From contig OY970323.1 in NCBI GenBank assembly GCA_963716985.1, positions 928,001 to 992,000 on the forward strand: a stretch of DNA of 64,000 bases. The letters run 5' to 3'. Positions 18,919 to 31,089 of this stretch are shown here, piece by piece. The notes beneath the pieces were generated by a model, which ran no database searches, was not told the DNA's origin, and saw nothing but the letters and a program-made list of their open reading frames with translations. The position numbers and the translations under genes were made by a program. Every line of letters starts with the position of its first letter. Positions within the stretch are counted from its first letter, which is position 1. This DNA comes from an uncultured bacterium. Lineage in GTDB: Bacteria > Chlamydiota > Chlamydiia > Chlamydiales > SM23-39.

Positions 18919-19965
18919 ATGTCGAAGAATGGATTCATAAAGCTGTATCGCGAAGGGCTCGAGTTGCTTGAAGCCAGCCCATCAGCCTTTTTGCTTTTGG
19001 CTTTGATTGCATTCCGTGCTAGGCGAACGGGATCAACGTATTCAACGCATAAGCTGAAGATGAATGAAGCAGTTATCGGAGATCATGAGACGATTGGTTT
19101 GACCAGGCAGCAGTATAGAGGTGCTATGGAGAAGCTGGAAAAATATGGGCTCGCGGTTTTCAAAAGAGATAAGAGAGGAACGATTGCGACTCTGATCAGT
19201 ACGGCCATCTTCGATATCAACGCAGAATCAGAAGAAGATGCCTTAACCGACAAGCAGCCATTTCAGAACCTTTTAGGAGCCATTCAGCAACCAACTGACA
19301 ACCACAAAGCAACCATGTTGGAACCATCTGAACAACCATCAGATTTGTCTATGGAAAATCGAAGGGAGCAACCATCTGAACAACCAACCCGTAACCATCA
19401 AGCAACCACAAGAGAACCAGAAAGGAACCAGTTCGCAACCACAGGGCAGCCACTAACAAAGAAAGAAGAAAAAGAAGAAGAAAGGGCAGCAGCAGCTTTT
19501 TCGCACACTTTCTTCAAATGCTTGGACGGTTTGGATCTGAGCGATCAGGAAAAACGTTCTCTAATGCGCTACGGAGAGAGACGAGTCGCTCATGCTGTCG
19601 AATTTGTGAAGAGGAAGCAAGATGTGGATAGCGTCATTGGGATGTTGACATGGGTATGCCAACAACCAGAACTGCCCGAGCTTCCGCGAGAGAAACGGAA
19701 AAATCTGACTCCACAGCAAAAGCTTGCTCTGGAATACAATCGGTTTTTGGAGAGCAACGGGTATCCCGCGTTAGCTAAGCAAAATGAGGAGACGATTCCC
19801 AATGACAAAATGATGATTTTAGAGCTTGGAAGACCAATGTCCATCGTCTTGAATCATTCTCTTCTAACGCTGCAAGATGATTTTGGTAAGTCCAAAGACG
19901 AAATTTTGAAAAGTCAGCGGATTGTTCGGGAGCTTCAGGGTGACAAATTGTCGCCGGTTCGGTAG
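18919..19965 (+). CDS. Phage-type replication initiator-like protein
   Basis: N-terminal GFIKLYR, wHTH (GLTRQQYRGAMEKLEKYG...GT), and a central low-complexity linker encoded by DNA repeats. Confidence 0.6.
   Translation: MSKNGFIKLYREGLELLEASPSAFLLLALIAFRARRTGSTYSTHKLKMNEAVIGDHETIGLTRQQYRGAMEKLEKYGLAVFKRDKRGTIATLISTAIFDINAESEEDALTDKQPFQNLLGAIQQPTDNHKATMLEPSEQPSDLSMENRREQPSEQPTRNHQATTREPERNQFATTGQPLTKKEEKEEERAAAAFSHTFFKCLDGLDLSDQEKRSLMRYGERRVAHAVEFVKRKQDVDSVIGMLTWVCQQPELPELPREKRKNLTPQQKLALEYNRFLESNGYPALAKQNEETIPNDKMMILELGRPMSIVLNHSLLTLQDDFGKSKDEILKSQRIVRELQGDKLSPVR
19245..19452 (+). repeat. 11-bp-phased A(A/G)CCA iteron-like array
   Basis: Units at 19245, 256, 267, 278, 289, 300, 311, 322, 334 and 19370, 382, 393, 404, 415, 426, 437, 448. 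Confidence 0.8.
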
Positions 19966-20278
19966 GGCAAATCGGGGAGGCTTTAGGGAGGGTTTTGCGG
20001 AGCTAATAAAAAGGGGGATTTTTCTGAAAAACCCACCCTTATTTATTGAAAATATCTGTTACATTATAAGCTAATGTAGCTCCGCGAAATCCCATCCTAT
20101 TTGGGTTATTACCTTTTTCCTCGGATGTCATAGCTTTTGTATGACGACACAAGTTCTTTAAAATAAACAAAATAAACCTACAGAAAAAAAATTGACTTTT
20201 TTCACTTTTTATATCAGAAGGAAGAAAAGATAGACTATTTGTTATGCAGTCTTATTTAACACATTTTGAGGTATATGT

Positions 20279-21637
20279 TTGTTTGATTGGCTGCGTCCCG
20301 CATCTTTTCCCAAGGAAATCAAAGATGAAACCTTGGTCAAATCACAATATAAGTACTGGCGCATTCGAACTTTTTATGGAATGTATATTGGATATGCCTT
20401 CTATTACTTCACCCGCAAAAGCTTTACTTTTGCGATCCCTTCAATGCTCGATTATGGTTTTACCCTTTCTGAATTAGGGATTTTAGGAACCATCCTCTCC
20501 ATTATTTATGGTTTTAGCAAATTTATCAGCGGAATTTTTGGCGACCGGACAAATCCTCGCTATTTTATGTCCATAGGTCTGATTTTAACAGGCTTCTGCA
20601 ATATCTGTTTCGGACTGTCTTCAACGTGGGTCCTCCTAGCTCTTTTTTGGGGTCTAAATGCCTGGTTCCAGGGTTGGGGATGGCCTGGGTGCGCTAAATT
20701 GCTCACACATTGGTACTCTCAATCGGAAAGAGGAACCTGGTGGAGCTTATGGAATACCTCTCATAACGTAGGCGGAGCCATCATACCTTTGCTCGCTGCC
20801 TTCTGCGTCCAATGCTATGGGTGGCGATTTGCTATGTTCATCCCAGGGATCCTTTGTATTTTGATCGGATTTTTCCTGATGAATCGCCTGCGTGATATTC
20901 CCCAGTCATTAGGGCTTCCTCCGATTGAAAAATTCAGAGGAGAAGTTTGTCAATCGGCTCTCGGAGATGAGACAAAAAACGCTCTACCCATCCGAGAGCT
21001 TCTTTTTAAATATGTTCTTTCTAATAAGTACATTTGGCTCATGGCTTTCGCCTATTTTTTCATCTATATCATACGGACTGGTTTTAATGACTGGTGCATG
21101 GTCTATCTCATTAAGTTTAAAGGCTACTCAGACATGAAAGCCGCAGCCTGTATCCTTTGCTTTGAAATAGGAGGTTTTTTAGGAAGCCTTTTTGCAGGTT
21201 GGTCCTCCGATAAACTATTCGACGGCAAACGCAATCCAGTGAATGTTCTTTTTGCCCTTGGAGCAACCGTGATGCTTCTCGCCATGCATTGGAATGGGAT
21301 GAATTTTCCCTTTTTGGATGGAATCATCATTTTTTTCATCGGTTTTTTTATCTTCGGTCCCCAGATGCTCATTGGGATGGTTGCAGCAGAGCTTACCCAT
21401 AAAAAGGCGGCGGCTACTTCAAGTGGGTTTGCTGGATGTTTTGCATACATAGGCGCTGCCATGGCTGGGGGCCCTCTCGGAAGTCTGATCAGCGCTTGGG
21501 GATGGGACTGTTTTTTTGCCATTTTATGTGCGTGCGGGATTCTAGCCATTGCCTTGATGTCGCCGCTTTGGTCTATCAAAACCACTCCTGAGACAACTTT
21601 GCAAGAAGATGAAAACACAGCCGAGGAGAAAACATGA
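20279..21637 (+). CDS. uhpC: Hexose-phosphate MFS transporter (UhpC/GlpT family)
   Basis: YKYWRIRTFYGMYIGYAFYYFTRKSF, FQGWGWP, SERGTWWSLWNTSHNVGG, FGPQMLIG. Confidence 0.92.
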   Translation: MFDWLRPASFPKEIKDETLVKSQYKYWRIRTFYGMYIGYAFYYFTRKSFTFAIPSMLDYGFTLSELGILGTILSIIYGFSKFISGIFGDRTNPRYFMSIGLILTGFCNICFGLSSTWVLLALFWGLNAWFQGWGWPGCAKLLTHWYSQSERGTWWSLWNTSHNVGGAIIPLLAAFCVQCYGWRFAMFIPGILCILIGFFLMNRLRDIPQSLGLPPIEKFRGEVCQSALGDETKNALPIRELLFKYVLSNKYIWLMAFAYFFIYIIRTGFNDWCMVYLIKFKGYSDMKAAACILCFEIGGFLGSLFAGWSSDKLFDGKRNPVNVLFALGATVMLLAMHWNGMNFPFLDGIIIFFIGFFIFGPQMLIGMVAAELTHKKAAATSSGFAGCFAYIGAAMAGGPLGSLISAWGWDCFFAILCACGILAIALMSPLWSIKTTPETTLQEDENTAEEKT

Positions 21638-22887
21638 AAGTTGCGACCATCATTCTTGCAGGTGGACAAGGAACCAGGCTTCAACCCCTAACAACCCATC
21701 ACTCCAAACCGGCCGTATCCTATGGGGGACGCTACCGCTTGATCGATATTCCCATTTCCAATTCAATCAATTCTGATTTTCGCCAAATTTTTGTAATCAC
21801 CCAATATCTTCCCGAAGAACTACACCATCATATTCACCAAACGTATCGATTTGATACCAAACACCCTGGCTCTCTAGAAATTTTGTCTCCGCAAAAAAAT
21901 CTCAATGGCGAATTGCAGCTATATGCAGGAACAGCTGATGCTGTAAGGAAAAATTTACCTTCCATTCTTAATTCTCCCGCTGACTATTTCCTCATCCTCT
22001 CAGGAGATCAGCTTTATAATATCAATTTTCAGGAAATGATCCAATTTGCCAAATCCAAAAATGCCGAATTGACGATTGCCTCTCTGCCAGTCTCTGAAAA
22101 AGATGCACGAAGGATGGGCCTTCTCAATATTGATCCTCAAAATAAAGTGATTGATTTCATAGAGAAACCCCAAGATCCGCAAGTACTTTGTAAGTTTGAA
22201 CTGTCGAATCGGTTTTTTGAGAATTTCCAAATCTCTCCGCCACTAACTCCTTGTTACCTCGGATCTATGGGGATTTACGTCTTTACAAGAGAGGCCCTTT
22301 GCTCTCTTCTTCATGCCGATCAACGTCATGATTTTGGCTATCATTTAATCACGACGGCCGTCAAAAAAGGAAATACGGTAGCCTATGTTTATAAAGGCTA
22401 TTGGGAAGATATAGGCACAGTAGCGTCTTACTATGAGGCCAATCTTTGCCTTGCTCAATCAGGCAAGGGACTCAACACATATGATCAGAAAAACCCGATC
22501 TATGCCCGTCCAACCTTTCTTCCAGGGCCAAAAATAAAAAGCGCTAAGATCTCTCAATCTATCATCTGCGAAGGGTGCGTCATAGAAGCGGAGGAGATCT
22601 CAAATAGCATCATTGGATTTCGCTCGCATATTAAACAAGGATCGATCATTCGAGATACGATTATGATGGGAAATCACCTTTGCGATGCAACAGGGGTAGA
22701 TTATTGGATTGGAGAAGATTGCCATATTGAAAAAACGATCATTGATGAACGGGTTCAAATCGGCGATCGGGTGAGAATAACGAATCAAAACAAACACGTT
22801 ACTTTTGATGGAGAAGGGATCTTTGTACGCGATGGGATCACAATCATCACAGCAGGGGCAAAAATTCCCGATGGGTATGAGTTTTAA
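21634..22887 (+). CDS. glgC: Glucose-1-phosphate adenylyltransferase
   Basis: ILAGGQGTRL.PLT..SKPAV..GGRYRLIDIPISN, GTADAVR, YWEDIGT. Confidence 0.95.
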   Translation: MKVATIILAGGQGTRLQPLTTHHSKPAVSYGGRYRLIDIPISNSINSDFRQIFVITQYLPEELHHHIHQTYRFDTKHPGSLEILSPQKNLNGELQLYAGTADAVRKNLPSILNSPADYFLILSGDQLYNINFQEMIQFAKSKNAELTIASLPVSEKDARRMGLLNIDPQNKVIDFIEKPQDPQVLCKFELSNRFFENFQISPPLTPCYLGSMGIYVFTREALCSLLHADQRHDFGYHLITTAVKKGNTVAYVYKGYWEDIGTVASYYEANLCLAQSGKGLNTYDQKNPIYARPTFLPGPKIKSAKISQSIICEGCVIEAEEISNSIIGFRSHIKQGSIIRDTIMMGNHLCDATGVDYWIGEDCHIEKTIIDERVQIGDRVRITNQNKHVTFDGEGIFVRDGITIITAGAKIPDGYEF

Positions 22888-22999
22888 AATAAGGTAATTC
22901 ATTTGTACGCGTTCAGAGAATAAGATCAAGAAATACTGTTACAAGCTCCAACGATAAGCTTCGCATCCGCGGAGATGATGTTGCCCAAACGGAGACGAT

Positions 23000-24109
23000 C
23001 TAGGTCTCCGGGGATAAGTTTTTCCAACATTCCCTAGCGATCTCAAATGCTTCTTGTGTATGGATCAAAAGGACTTTAACTTTTGAATCAGAAGAAGAAA
23101 GTACGCGGTCTTCGGGAGCTTTTGATTGATGTTTAGAGAGATGAATCCCTAGAAAAGCAAACGAATCGCAGACTTGCTGTCTGATAGGAAAAGCATTTTC
23201 TCCAATTCCTCCAGTGAAAACAAGGGCATCTATGCCGCCAAGCGTTGCTATCATCGATCCAATCAGCGAGACTAGCCGATGAACATAGATATCGATCGCG
23301 AGTCTGGCTCGTGCATTGCCTTGGCTTGCTTTGTCTAAAATATCGCGCATATCGCTTGATATCCCAGAAATACCTAGCAACCCTGATTCTTCATAGAGTT
23401 CTTTTGAGAGTTCATCAGGAGTCTTGTCTTTAGATAGATAGAGAAGAATGCCGGGATCGACAGTGCCGGAGCGAGTATCCATCATTAAGCCTTCCAATGG
23501 AGTAAATCCCATCGTGGTATCGATGCTTTTCCCATTCTTAAGGGCGCAAAGAGAAGCTCCAGAGCCTAAATGGCAAATCACCAGTTTAGGGTGTTCTTGT
23601 TCTAAAAAATGCTTCGCCCTTCTCGAACAATATTGAAAACTGGTTCCATGGAACCCAAATCTCTGAATCCCTTCCTCAAACCACTTGTATGGACCAGGAT
23701 AAATAGCTGCATAGGCTGGCATCGTGTGATGAAAAGCCGTATCAAAAACAGCTATCTGCGGAATGTCTGGAAAGAGCTGCTCTAAAATCTCGATTCCTTC
23801 AAGGTCCGCCAAATTATGGAGGGGAGCGAGATCGGCAAGTTTGCGGATTTCCTTTTTTACTTCATTGTCAATCAAGACGCTTGTTTGGTACTTTTTGCCG
23901 CCATGAACAATCCGGTGGCCAATACAACGGATCTCTTTATCCGCAAGGAGGGATTTAAGCTCCTTTTTGATTGAGCCCTTTGTTTGAATGTTTTTCCATT
24001 CAATTTTGTCTTCCCAAATTGGATCAACCAGTTTATCTGGAAAGTTTGCAAAATCGTATATGCAGCATTTTATACTGCTCGATCCTCTATTTAAGACTAA
24101 TATTTTCAT
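23000..24109 (-). CDS. ackA: Acetate kinase
   Basis: [50 protein letters not shown]. Confidence 0.95.
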   Translation of the reverse strand: MKILVLNRGSSSIKCCIYDFANFPDKLVDPIWEDKIEWKNIQTKGSIKKELKSLLADKEIRCIGHRIVHGGKKYQTSVLIDNEVKKEIRKLADLAPLHNLADLEGIEILEQLFPDIPQIAVFDTAFHHTMPAYAAIYPGPYKWFEEGIQRFGFHGTSFQYCSRRAKHFLEQEHPKLVICHLGSGASLCALKNGKSIDTTMGFTPLEGLMMDTRSGTVDPGILLYLSKDKTPDELSKELYEESGLLGISGISSDMRDILDKASQGNARARLAIDIYVHRLVSLIGSMIATLGGIDALVFTGGIGENAFPIRQQVCDSFAFLGIHLSKHQSKAPEDRVLSSSDSKVKVLLIHTQEAFEIARECWKNLSPET

Positions 24110-24161
24110 GTTTCACAAATATCACAAAATAAGTCAGTATGCGAGAAAAAAGGCTATTATC

Positions 24162-26522
24162 ATGTCAGCGCCCCTCTCTAAAGATCTCTTGCAAAAAATG
24201 AACGCCTATTGGCGTGCTGCGAACTATCTATCGGTCGGTCAGATTTACCTATACGACAATCCTCTGCTGAAGCGGGAACTAGTATTGTCTGATGTGAAGC
24301 CGTTGGTTGTAGGTCACTGGGGGACAACGCCGGGGCAGAACTTCATCTATGTGCATTTGAATCGGGTTATCAAGAAATACGATCTGAATATGTTCTATAT
24401 CGCCGGTCCTGGCCATGGCGGCCCGGCATTGGTGGGAAATACTTACCTCGAAGGTTCTTATACTGAGATTTATCCGGACATAAGCCAAGACGAAGATGGA
24501 ATGAAAAAGCTGTTCACGCAATTTTCGTTTCCTGGGGGAATTTCAAGTCACGTTGCTCCAACGACTCCAGGTTCAATCCACGAAGGGGGCGAGTTGGGGT
24601 ATTCTCTTAGTCATGCTTTCGGAGCTGTGTTCGACAATCCTGATCTTGTCGTGGCTTGCGTAATTGGCGACGGCGAAGCAGAAACTGGCCCCTTGGCAAC
24701 TGCATGGCAGTCCAATAAATTTCTTGACCCAATTACCGATGGAGCTGTGCTGCCCATCCTGCACCTCAATGGTTTCAAGATCAGCAATCCAACTGTCCTG
24801 TCCCGCATTGAACATGAGGAACTTGAGAAATTTTTCCAAGGCTGTGGTTGGACGCCTTATTTTGTGGAAGGGGATGATCCAGAGATAATGCATCAACTCA
24901 TGGCAGAAATTTTAGACAAGGCCGTTGAAGAGATTCGACAAATCCAAAGAAACGCGCGCGCGAACAATGACACCACTCGGCGTCGTTGGCCGATGATTGT
25001 CCTGAGGTCGCCTAAAGGTTGGACAGGGCCAAAATTTGTCGATGGTCTGAAAATTGAGGGGACATTTAGAGCACATCAAGTACCTCTTTTGGTAAATCCC
25101 GAGCATCCTGAGCATGTTCAACTGCTGGAAACCTGGATGAAAAGCTACAAGGCAGAAGAACTATTCGATGAGAATGGGAGACTTATTCCAGAATTGGCTG
25201 AGCTAGCGCCGAAGGGTAATCAACGGATGGGCGCTAATCCTCACGCTAATGGCGGTATTTTATTACGCGATTTGCGAATGCCAGACTTTCACGATCACGC
25301 GGTGAATGTGCCGTCCCCTGGCGCTGTAAATGCCGAAGACACTCTAGTTCTGGGCAATTTCCTTCGCGACGTGGCCAAGCTGAATCAGGATCAACGCAAT
25401 TTCCGCGTTTTCGGACCTGATGAGACTCTTTCGAATCTCTTGGGAGCAGTCTTTGAGGTCACCAATCGTCAGTGGGATGCTCGGGAAGTAAAAAATGATG
25501 AGTTCCTTGCTCCACAAGGACAAGTGCTTGATTCGATGCTGAGTGAGCACCAGTGCGAGGGGTGGTTGGAAGGCTATTTGCTAACAGGGCGCCACGGGCT
25601 GTTCAACAGCTATGAGGCGTTCATTCGGATCGTCGATTCGATGTTCAGCCAGCATGCCAAGTGGCTAAAAGTATGCTTAGAACTTCCTTGGCGTCGGAAG
25701 ATCTCATCGCTGAACTACCTGCTCGCCTCTCATGTCTGGCAGCAGGATCACAACGGTTTCACGCATCAGGATCCAGGCTTTCTTGACCATGTGATCAATA
25801 AGAAGGCCACGATTGTGCGCGTTTACTTACCGCCCGATGCCAACTGCCTACTATCAGTCTTTGATCATTGCTTGCGCAGTCGAAATTATGTCAATGTGGT
25901 GGTGGCTGGAAAACACCCACTCCCTCAATGGCTGAACATGGACGCTGCGGTGATCCATTGCACAGAGGGAATTGGGATCTGGCAATGGGCTAGTAACGAC
26001 CAGAATGATGAGCCTGACGTAGTGATGGGCTGCTGCGGAGATACTCCAACGCTCGAGGTTTTAGCTGCTGTTTCAATCCTTCGAGAACATCTGCCCGATC
26101 TGAAAATCAGGGTAGTCAATGTTGTCGATCTGATGAAACTACAGCCTCAAAGCGAGCATCCGCATGGACTTTCCGACAAAGATTACGATTCGCTTTTCAC
26201 AAAAGATAAGCACATCATCTTTAATTTCCATGGATACCCATGGCTGATCCATCGACTAACTTATCGTCGAAACAACCGCAATCTCCATGTTAGAGGCTAT
26301 AAAGAAGAAGGTACAATCACGACTCCGTTTGATTTGAGAGTGCAAAATGATATCGATCGGTTCCACCTGGTGCAAGACGTGGTTGATCGCTTACCACATT
26401 TAGGCGGCAAGGGATCCTATCTAAAGCAGATGATGCAAGATAAGCTGATCGAGCATAAGCACTACGTAGACAAGCACGGTCAAGATATGCCCGAAATCCG
26501 GAACTGGAAATGGGGTCAATAA
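24162..26522 (+). CDS. xfp: Xylulose-5-P/fructose-6-P phosphoketolase
   Basis: [54 protein letters not shown]. Likely start is ATG 24162. Confidence 0.96.
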   Translation: MSAPLSKDLLQKMNAYWRAANYLSVGQIYLYDNPLLKRELVLSDVKPLVVGHWGTTPGQNFIYVHLNRVIKKYDLNMFYIAGPGHGGPALVGNTYLEGSYTEIYPDISQDEDGMKKLFTQFSFPGGISSHVAPTTPGSIHEGGELGYSLSHAFGAVFDNPDLVVACVIGDGEAETGPLATAWQSNKFLDPITDGAVLPILHLNGFKISNPTVLSRIEHEELEKFFQGCGWTPYFVEGDDPEIMHQLMAEILDKAVEEIRQIQRNARANNDTTRRRWPMIVLRSPKGWTGPKFVDGLKIEGTFRAHQVPLLVNPEHPEHVQLLETWMKSYKAEELFDENGRLIPELAELAPKGNQRMGANPHANGGILLRDLRMPDFHDHAVNVPSPGAVNAEDTLVLGNFLRDVAKLNQDQRNFRVFGPDETLSNLLGAVFEVTNRQWDAREVKNDEFLAPQGQVLDSMLSEHQCEGWLEGYLLTGRHGLFNSYEAFIRIVDSMFSQHAKWLKVCLELPWRRKISSLNYLLASHVWQQDHNGFTHQDPGFLDHVINKKATIVRVYLPPDANCLLSVFDHCLRSRNYVNVVVAGKHPLPQWLNMDAAVIHCTEGIGIWQWASNDQNDEPDVVMGCCGDTPTLEVLAAVSILREHLPDLKIRVVNVVDLMKLQPQSEHPHGLSDKDYDSLFTKDKHIIFNFHGYPWLIHRLTYRRNNRNLHVRGYKEEGTITTPFDLRVQNDIDRFHLVQDVVDRLPHLGGKGSYLKQMMQDKLIEHKHYVDKHGQDMPEIRNWKWGQ

Positions 26523-26526
26523 AGAT

Positions 26527-27645
26527 ATGAAAGACAATCCCTTAAAGAAAGTGGGAGTTCTCGGTCAGTCAATCTGGCTCGACTATATCAGACGAGATCT
26601 CCTCGTCAGTGGAGAACTCAAACGTATGATTAAGGAGGACGGACTGCGGGGGATGACCTCGAATCCTTCCATCTTTGAGAAGGCTATTGCTGACAGCCAT
26701 GATTACGATAAGGATATTCAAGTTATGGTACGTGAGGGAAAAGACGTAAAGGCCATCTATGAATCTATCAGTCAGCAAGACGTACGAAGCGCCGCTGATC
26801 AGTTCCGTCCTTTGTATAACGAGACTGAAGGAAAAGATGGATATGTAAGTCTAGAGGTCAATCCTCACCTAGCGCACGACACTAAAGGCACAATCGAAGA
26901 GGCGAGGAAGTTATGGGCTGCGCTGAACAGGCCCAACGTCTTAATCAAGGTACCAGCGACTAAAGAAGGGCTGCCTGTCATCCAGCAACTCATCAGCGAA
27001 GGAATCAACGTCAATGTTACGTTGCTTTTTGGGATCCCTCGCTATCGTCAAGTTGTGGAAGCTTATCTTAAAGGCATCGAAGCGCGCGCGAACCAAGAAA
27101 AACCTGTAAAGATGGTGGCCTCTGTGGCTAGCTTCTTTTTGAGTCGCATCGATGTGTTGGTCGATCCCATGCTCGAAAAATTCATCGTTAAAGGTGGCAA
27201 AGATGCAGAATTAGCAAAAATGCTACATGGACAGATTGCTATCGCCAGTGCGAAGGCGGCCTATCAAATCTACAAGGAACTATTCGATAGTGTTCGGTTT
27301 AAGAAATTAGCTGATCAGGGAGCCTTTACTCAGAGGCTTCTCTGGGCTAGCACCAGCACGAAGAATCCGAAGTATAGCGATGTGTTATACATCGACTCCC
27401 TGATCGGAAAGGACACCATAAACACTATTCCGCTCGAAACTCTCGATGCGTATCGCGACCATGGCAATCCAAAAGATCGTATCGAACAAGAGGTTGTGAA
27501 GGCTCAATGGATGTTAGATCAATTGCCAAACTTAAGTATCAGCATCGATCATTTAACACAGCAGCTTGAAAACGAAGGAGTTGAAAAGTTTAGCATTTCC
27601 TTTGATAAACTGATGAAAGCCTTGGAAAAAGCGGTGCAAAAGTGA
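26527..27645 (+). CDS. tal: Transaldolase
   Basis: [39 protein letters not shown]. Confidence 0.95.
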   Translation: MKDNPLKKVGVLGQSIWLDYIRRDLLVSGELKRMIKEDGLRGMTSNPSIFEKAIADSHDYDKDIQVMVREGKDVKAIYESISQQDVRSAADQFRPLYNETEGKDGYVSLEVNPHLAHDTKGTIEEARKLWAALNRPNVLIKVPATKEGLPVIQQLISEGINVNVTLLFGIPRYRQVVEAYLKGIEARANQEKPVKMVASVASFFLSRIDVLVDPMLEKFIVKGGKDAELAKMLHGQIAIASAKAAYQIYKELFDSVRFKKLADQGAFTQRLLWASTSTKNPKYSDVLYIDSLIGKDTINTIPLETLDAYRDHGNPKDRIEQEVVKAQWMLDQLPNLSISIDHLTQQLENEGVEKFSISFDKLMKALEKAVQK

Positions 27646-30320
27646 AAACTATTCAAGAGCTTATAAACACTGCTACGGTCCTGGTTGGTTGCGATAAAGG
27701 CTTATTAGCGATCGATGAAAGTAACCCAACCTGTAACAAACGATTTGCCAAATTAGGAATTCCCCAAACCGAAGAAACTCGAAGATCCTACCGGGAATTG
27801 ATTGTAACTACACCCGGTTTAGGTGAGTTTATCAGCGGCGTCATTCTTTACGATGAGACGATCCGCCAGTCCACGAAAAATGGGACTCCTTTTATTCAAG
27901 TTATTACCGATGCAGGGATCATTCCTGGCATCAAAGTCGATACCGGTGCAAAGGAAATGGCAGATTTCCCTGGAGAAAAGATCACTGAAGGTCTGGACGG
28001 ATTGCGCGAACGTCTGGCTGAATACTCTGAAATGGGCGCCCGTTTTTGCAAGTGGCGCGCAGTGTTTGCTGTGAGCGATTTGCTTCCAAGCAAGGGATGC
28101 ATCGAGGCAAATGCGCTAGGCTTAGCTCGCTATGCCGCATTATGCCAGGAAGCTGGCCTGGTTCCGGTCGTTGAGCCTGAAGTGCTCATGGAAGGCGAGC
28201 ATACCTTAGAACGCTGCTGCGAGGTAACGGAGGATGTTCTGCGAACAGTTTTCAATCAACTTTATACTCAAGGAGTAATGCTGGAAGGGATGCTTTTGAA
28301 GCCCAATATGGTGCTTCCTGGATTGAGCTGTCCAAAACAAGAAACTATTGACGAGGTAGCTGATGCCACGGTGAGATGCCTATTGCGCACTGTCCCAGCG
28401 GCCGTTCCTGGGATTATGTTCCTATCGGGCGGTCAATCCGGTGAACTGGCCTCAGCTCGCCTGAATGCCATGAATATCAGATTCAAGTCAAAACTTCCTT
28501 GGGCGTTGGGGTTTTCATTTGCTCGAGCTATTCAACAGCCAGCTTTGGAGATTTGGCAAGGCAAGGAAGTAAACGTACCTGCAGCACAAAAGGCTTTGTA
28601 CCATCGAGCCAGATGCAACCAGGCTGCACGCCGTGGCGATTATAATGCCATGCTGGAAAAAGATAGAGCCATACCAACAAATAAAGTGCCACTCACAAAA
28701 CTCGCTGCATGGAATGCTCTCAAATCCCATTACCCAAAAGTTCGAGAATTGCATCTTAGGGAACTTTTCGCAAATGATCCAAAGCGCGCAAAACACATGA
28801 CAGCTGAAGCAGTTGGCATCTATTTTGACTATTCGAAGCATCGCATTACTGACGAGACACTTAAGCTCCTTCTGAAATTGGCGGAGGAATCTGGGTTGCG
28901 TTCTCGCATTGATTCTATGTTTAGGGGTGACAAAATTAACGTCACGGAGAAGAGAGCCGTCCTGCACGTGGCGCTGCGTGCCCCAAAAGGGCAATCTATT
29001 GTCCTAGACGGTGAAGACGTCGTACCTCAAGTCCACGCAGTTCTCGAAAAGATGGCCCATTTTTCCAATCGAATTCGGAGCGGGGAATGGAGAGGTCACA
29101 CAGGCAAGCCCATCCGCAATGTCATCAATATCGGCATTGGTGGATCTGATCTAGGTCCTGTGATGGCGTATGAGGCATTACGTCATTATAGCCAGAGGAA
29201 CTTAACCTTCCGTTTCATCTCTAATATCGATGGCACAGACTTCGCTGAGGCCACCCGCGACCTCGATGCTGGAGAGACTCTATTTATTATCTCGTCGAAG
29301 ACCTTTACGACATTAGAGACGATGACGAATGCTCACACAGCCCGTGAATGGGTTCTCAAGACTTTGAAACACGCTTCTGCTGTGGCTAAGCATTTTGTCG
29401 CTGTCTCGACTAACGCGGAGGAAGTGGCTAAATTTGGTATCGATACTGCAAATATGTTTGTATTTTGGGACTGGGTTGGTGGCAGGTATTCAATGGATTC
29501 AGCGATTGGTCTTTCAACAATGATCGCTATCGGCCCGGACAATTTTCGTTCCATGCTCGACGGATTCCATCAGATGGATGAACATTTTCGCACGGCCCCT
29601 TTCGAGTGCAATTTACCAGTGCTTATGGGATTGCTTGCTCTCTGGTATAACAACTTCTTTGATACACAGACTATAGCAGTTCTTCCGTATGAACAGTACT
29701 TGAAGCGTTTCCCCGCTTATCTCCAGCAGTTGACGATGGAAAGCAATGGCAAGCATGTTACGCTTGATGGGACTAAGATCCCTTACCAAACCGGACCAAT
29801 TTTCTGGGGTGAACCAGGAACCAATGGTCAGCATTCCTTCTATCAACTGATTCATCAAGGGACCAAGCTCATCCCTTGCGACTTCATTGCGTTTGAGTCT
29901 CCATTAAATCCTATTGGTCGTCACCATGATTTACTCTTGGCCAACGTCTTTGCTCAGGCAGAGGCCCTGGCTTTTGGAAAAACGGCACAGGAGCTACAAG
30001 CAGAAAACATCCCGGAGTGGCTAATCCCACATCGAACTTTCGAGGGCAACCGTCCTTCCAGTATGATCTTCCTGGAACAGCTAACCCCCCAGGCATTGGG
30101 AAAACTGGTTGCTCTATATGAACACAGTGTTTTCACTCAAGGCGCTATATGGGAAATTGATTCATTCGACCAGTGGGGGGTTGAACTGGGAAAAGCACTT
30201 GCTGAGCGGATCATCCCTGAACTTGAAAGAGGGAACAAATCTCAACTCAAGCATGATAGTTCAACTAACAACTTAATCCAGCGCTATACGAGATCGAAGG
30301 AGCAATTGCATGAGCGATAA
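27642..30320 (+). CDS. Fusion of class I fructose-bisphosphate aldolase and glucose-6-phosphate isomerase
   Basis: aa ~1-340: [38 protein letters not shown]. aa ~345-892: [49 protein letters not shown]. Confidence 0.92.
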   Translation: MKTIQELINTATVLVGCDKGLLAIDESNPTCNKRFAKLGIPQTEETRRSYRELIVTTPGLGEFISGVILYDETIRQSTKNGTPFIQVITDAGIIPGIKVDTGAKEMADFPGEKITEGLDGLRERLAEYSEMGARFCKWRAVFAVSDLLPSKGCIEANALGLARYAALCQEAGLVPVVEPEVLMEGEHTLERCCEVTEDVLRTVFNQLYTQGVMLEGMLLKPNMVLPGLSCPKQETIDEVADATVRCLLRTVPAAVPGIMFLSGGQSGELASARLNAMNIRFKSKLPWALGFSFARAIQQPALEIWQGKEVNVPAAQKALYHRARCNQAARRGDYNAMLEKDRAIPTNKVPLTKLAAWNALKSHYPKVRELHLRELFANDPKRAKHMTAEAVGIYFDYSKHRITDETLKLLLKLAEESGLRSRIDSMFRGDKINVTEKRAVLHVALRAPKGQSIVLDGEDVVPQVHAVLEKMAHFSNRIRSGEWRGHTGKPIRNVINIGIGGSDLGPVMAYEALRHYSQRNLTFRFISNIDGTDFAEATRDLDAGETLFIISSKTFTTLETMTNAHTAREWVLKTLKHASAVAKHFVAVSTNAEEVAKFGIDTANMFVFWDWVGGRYSMDSAIGLSTMIAIGPDNFRSMLDGFHQMDEHFRTAPFECNLPVLMGLLALWYNNFFDTQTIAVLPYEQYLKRFPAYLQQLTMESNGKHVTLDGTKIPYQTGPIFWGEPGTNGQHSFYQLIHQGTKLIPCDFIAFESPLNPIGRHHDLLLANVFAQAEALAFGKTAQELQAENIPEWLIPHRTFEGNRPSSMIFLEQLTPQALGKLVALYEHSVFTQGAIWEIDSFDQWGVELGKALAERIIPELERGNKSQLKHDSSTNNLIQRYTRSKEQLHER

Positions 30321-31089
30321 TTCATCCCATCGAACCCCTGTGATTGCGGCTAACTGGAAAATGTATAAGACGATTGAAGAAGCAGTGCATTTTGTGAAGA
30401 GTTTGATTCCTTTAATTCAAGATGTTCCCGTTAAGGTCTATATTGCAGTTCCGTATACAGCGCTATATTCTGCTGCCTCTGAAGCCAAAGGTTCTTCTAT
30501 CGTGATGGGAGCGCAAAACATGTACGATGCTACCGAAGGTGCTTTCACTGGAGAAATTTCGGCGAATATGTTGAAAGATGCGGGAGCGAAATTTGTCATC
30601 TTAGGCCATTCAGAACGGCGGCGCCTTTTTCACGAAACGAACGCTTTCATTCGTCGCAAGGTTGAAAAAGCCTTATCGGAAAGCCTGCAACCCATTTTCT
30701 GCATCGGAGAAACGGAGCAAGAGCGTGAAGGTGGAAAAACAGAAGAAATTCTAAAACAACAATTGGATCAATCTCTAGGCAATATCTCTGCCGAACAGAT
30801 GACATCCATCATTCTAGCTTACGAACCTATCTGGGCTATTGGATCTGGTAAGTCAGCTCTTCCAAAAAAAGTTCAAGCAGTGCACGCATTTTGCCGTCAG
30901 TGGGTGAGCGAAAAGTGGGGGAAAGAAACAGCTCAAAAAATAATTATTCTGTACGGTGGTTCAGTGCATCCTAATGATACTAAGGATTTCATGGAACAAC
31001 CAGATGTAGATGGCGTATTAGTGGGAGGCGCTTCGCTCAAGGTAGAATCGTTTAATCAAATTATCCACTATCCAATCGTAAGAAAATAA
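30310..31089 (+). CDS. tpiA: Triose-phosphate isomerase
   Basis: [31 protein letters not shown]. Confidence 0.96.
   Translation: MSDNSSHRTPVIAANWKMYKTIEEAVHFVKSLIPLIQDVPVKVYIAVPYTALYSAASEAKGSSIVMGAQNMYDATEGAFTGEISANMLKDAGAKFVILGHSERRRLFHETNAFIRRKVEKALSESLQPIFCIGETEQEREGGKTEEILKQQLDQSLGNISAEQMTSIILAYEPIWAIGSGKSALPKKVQAVHAFCRQWVSEKWGKETAQKIIILYGGSVHPNDTKDFMEQPDVDGVLVGGASLKVESFNQIIHYPIVRK

Noticed and set aside
7493..19965. Intact prophage or conjugative ICE
   Set aside because: No terminase, capsid, tail, relaxase or T4SS genes are recognisable in the window.
23988..24161. N-terminal extension of Xfp
   Set aside because: It overlaps ackA on the other strand; homology begins at ATG 24162.
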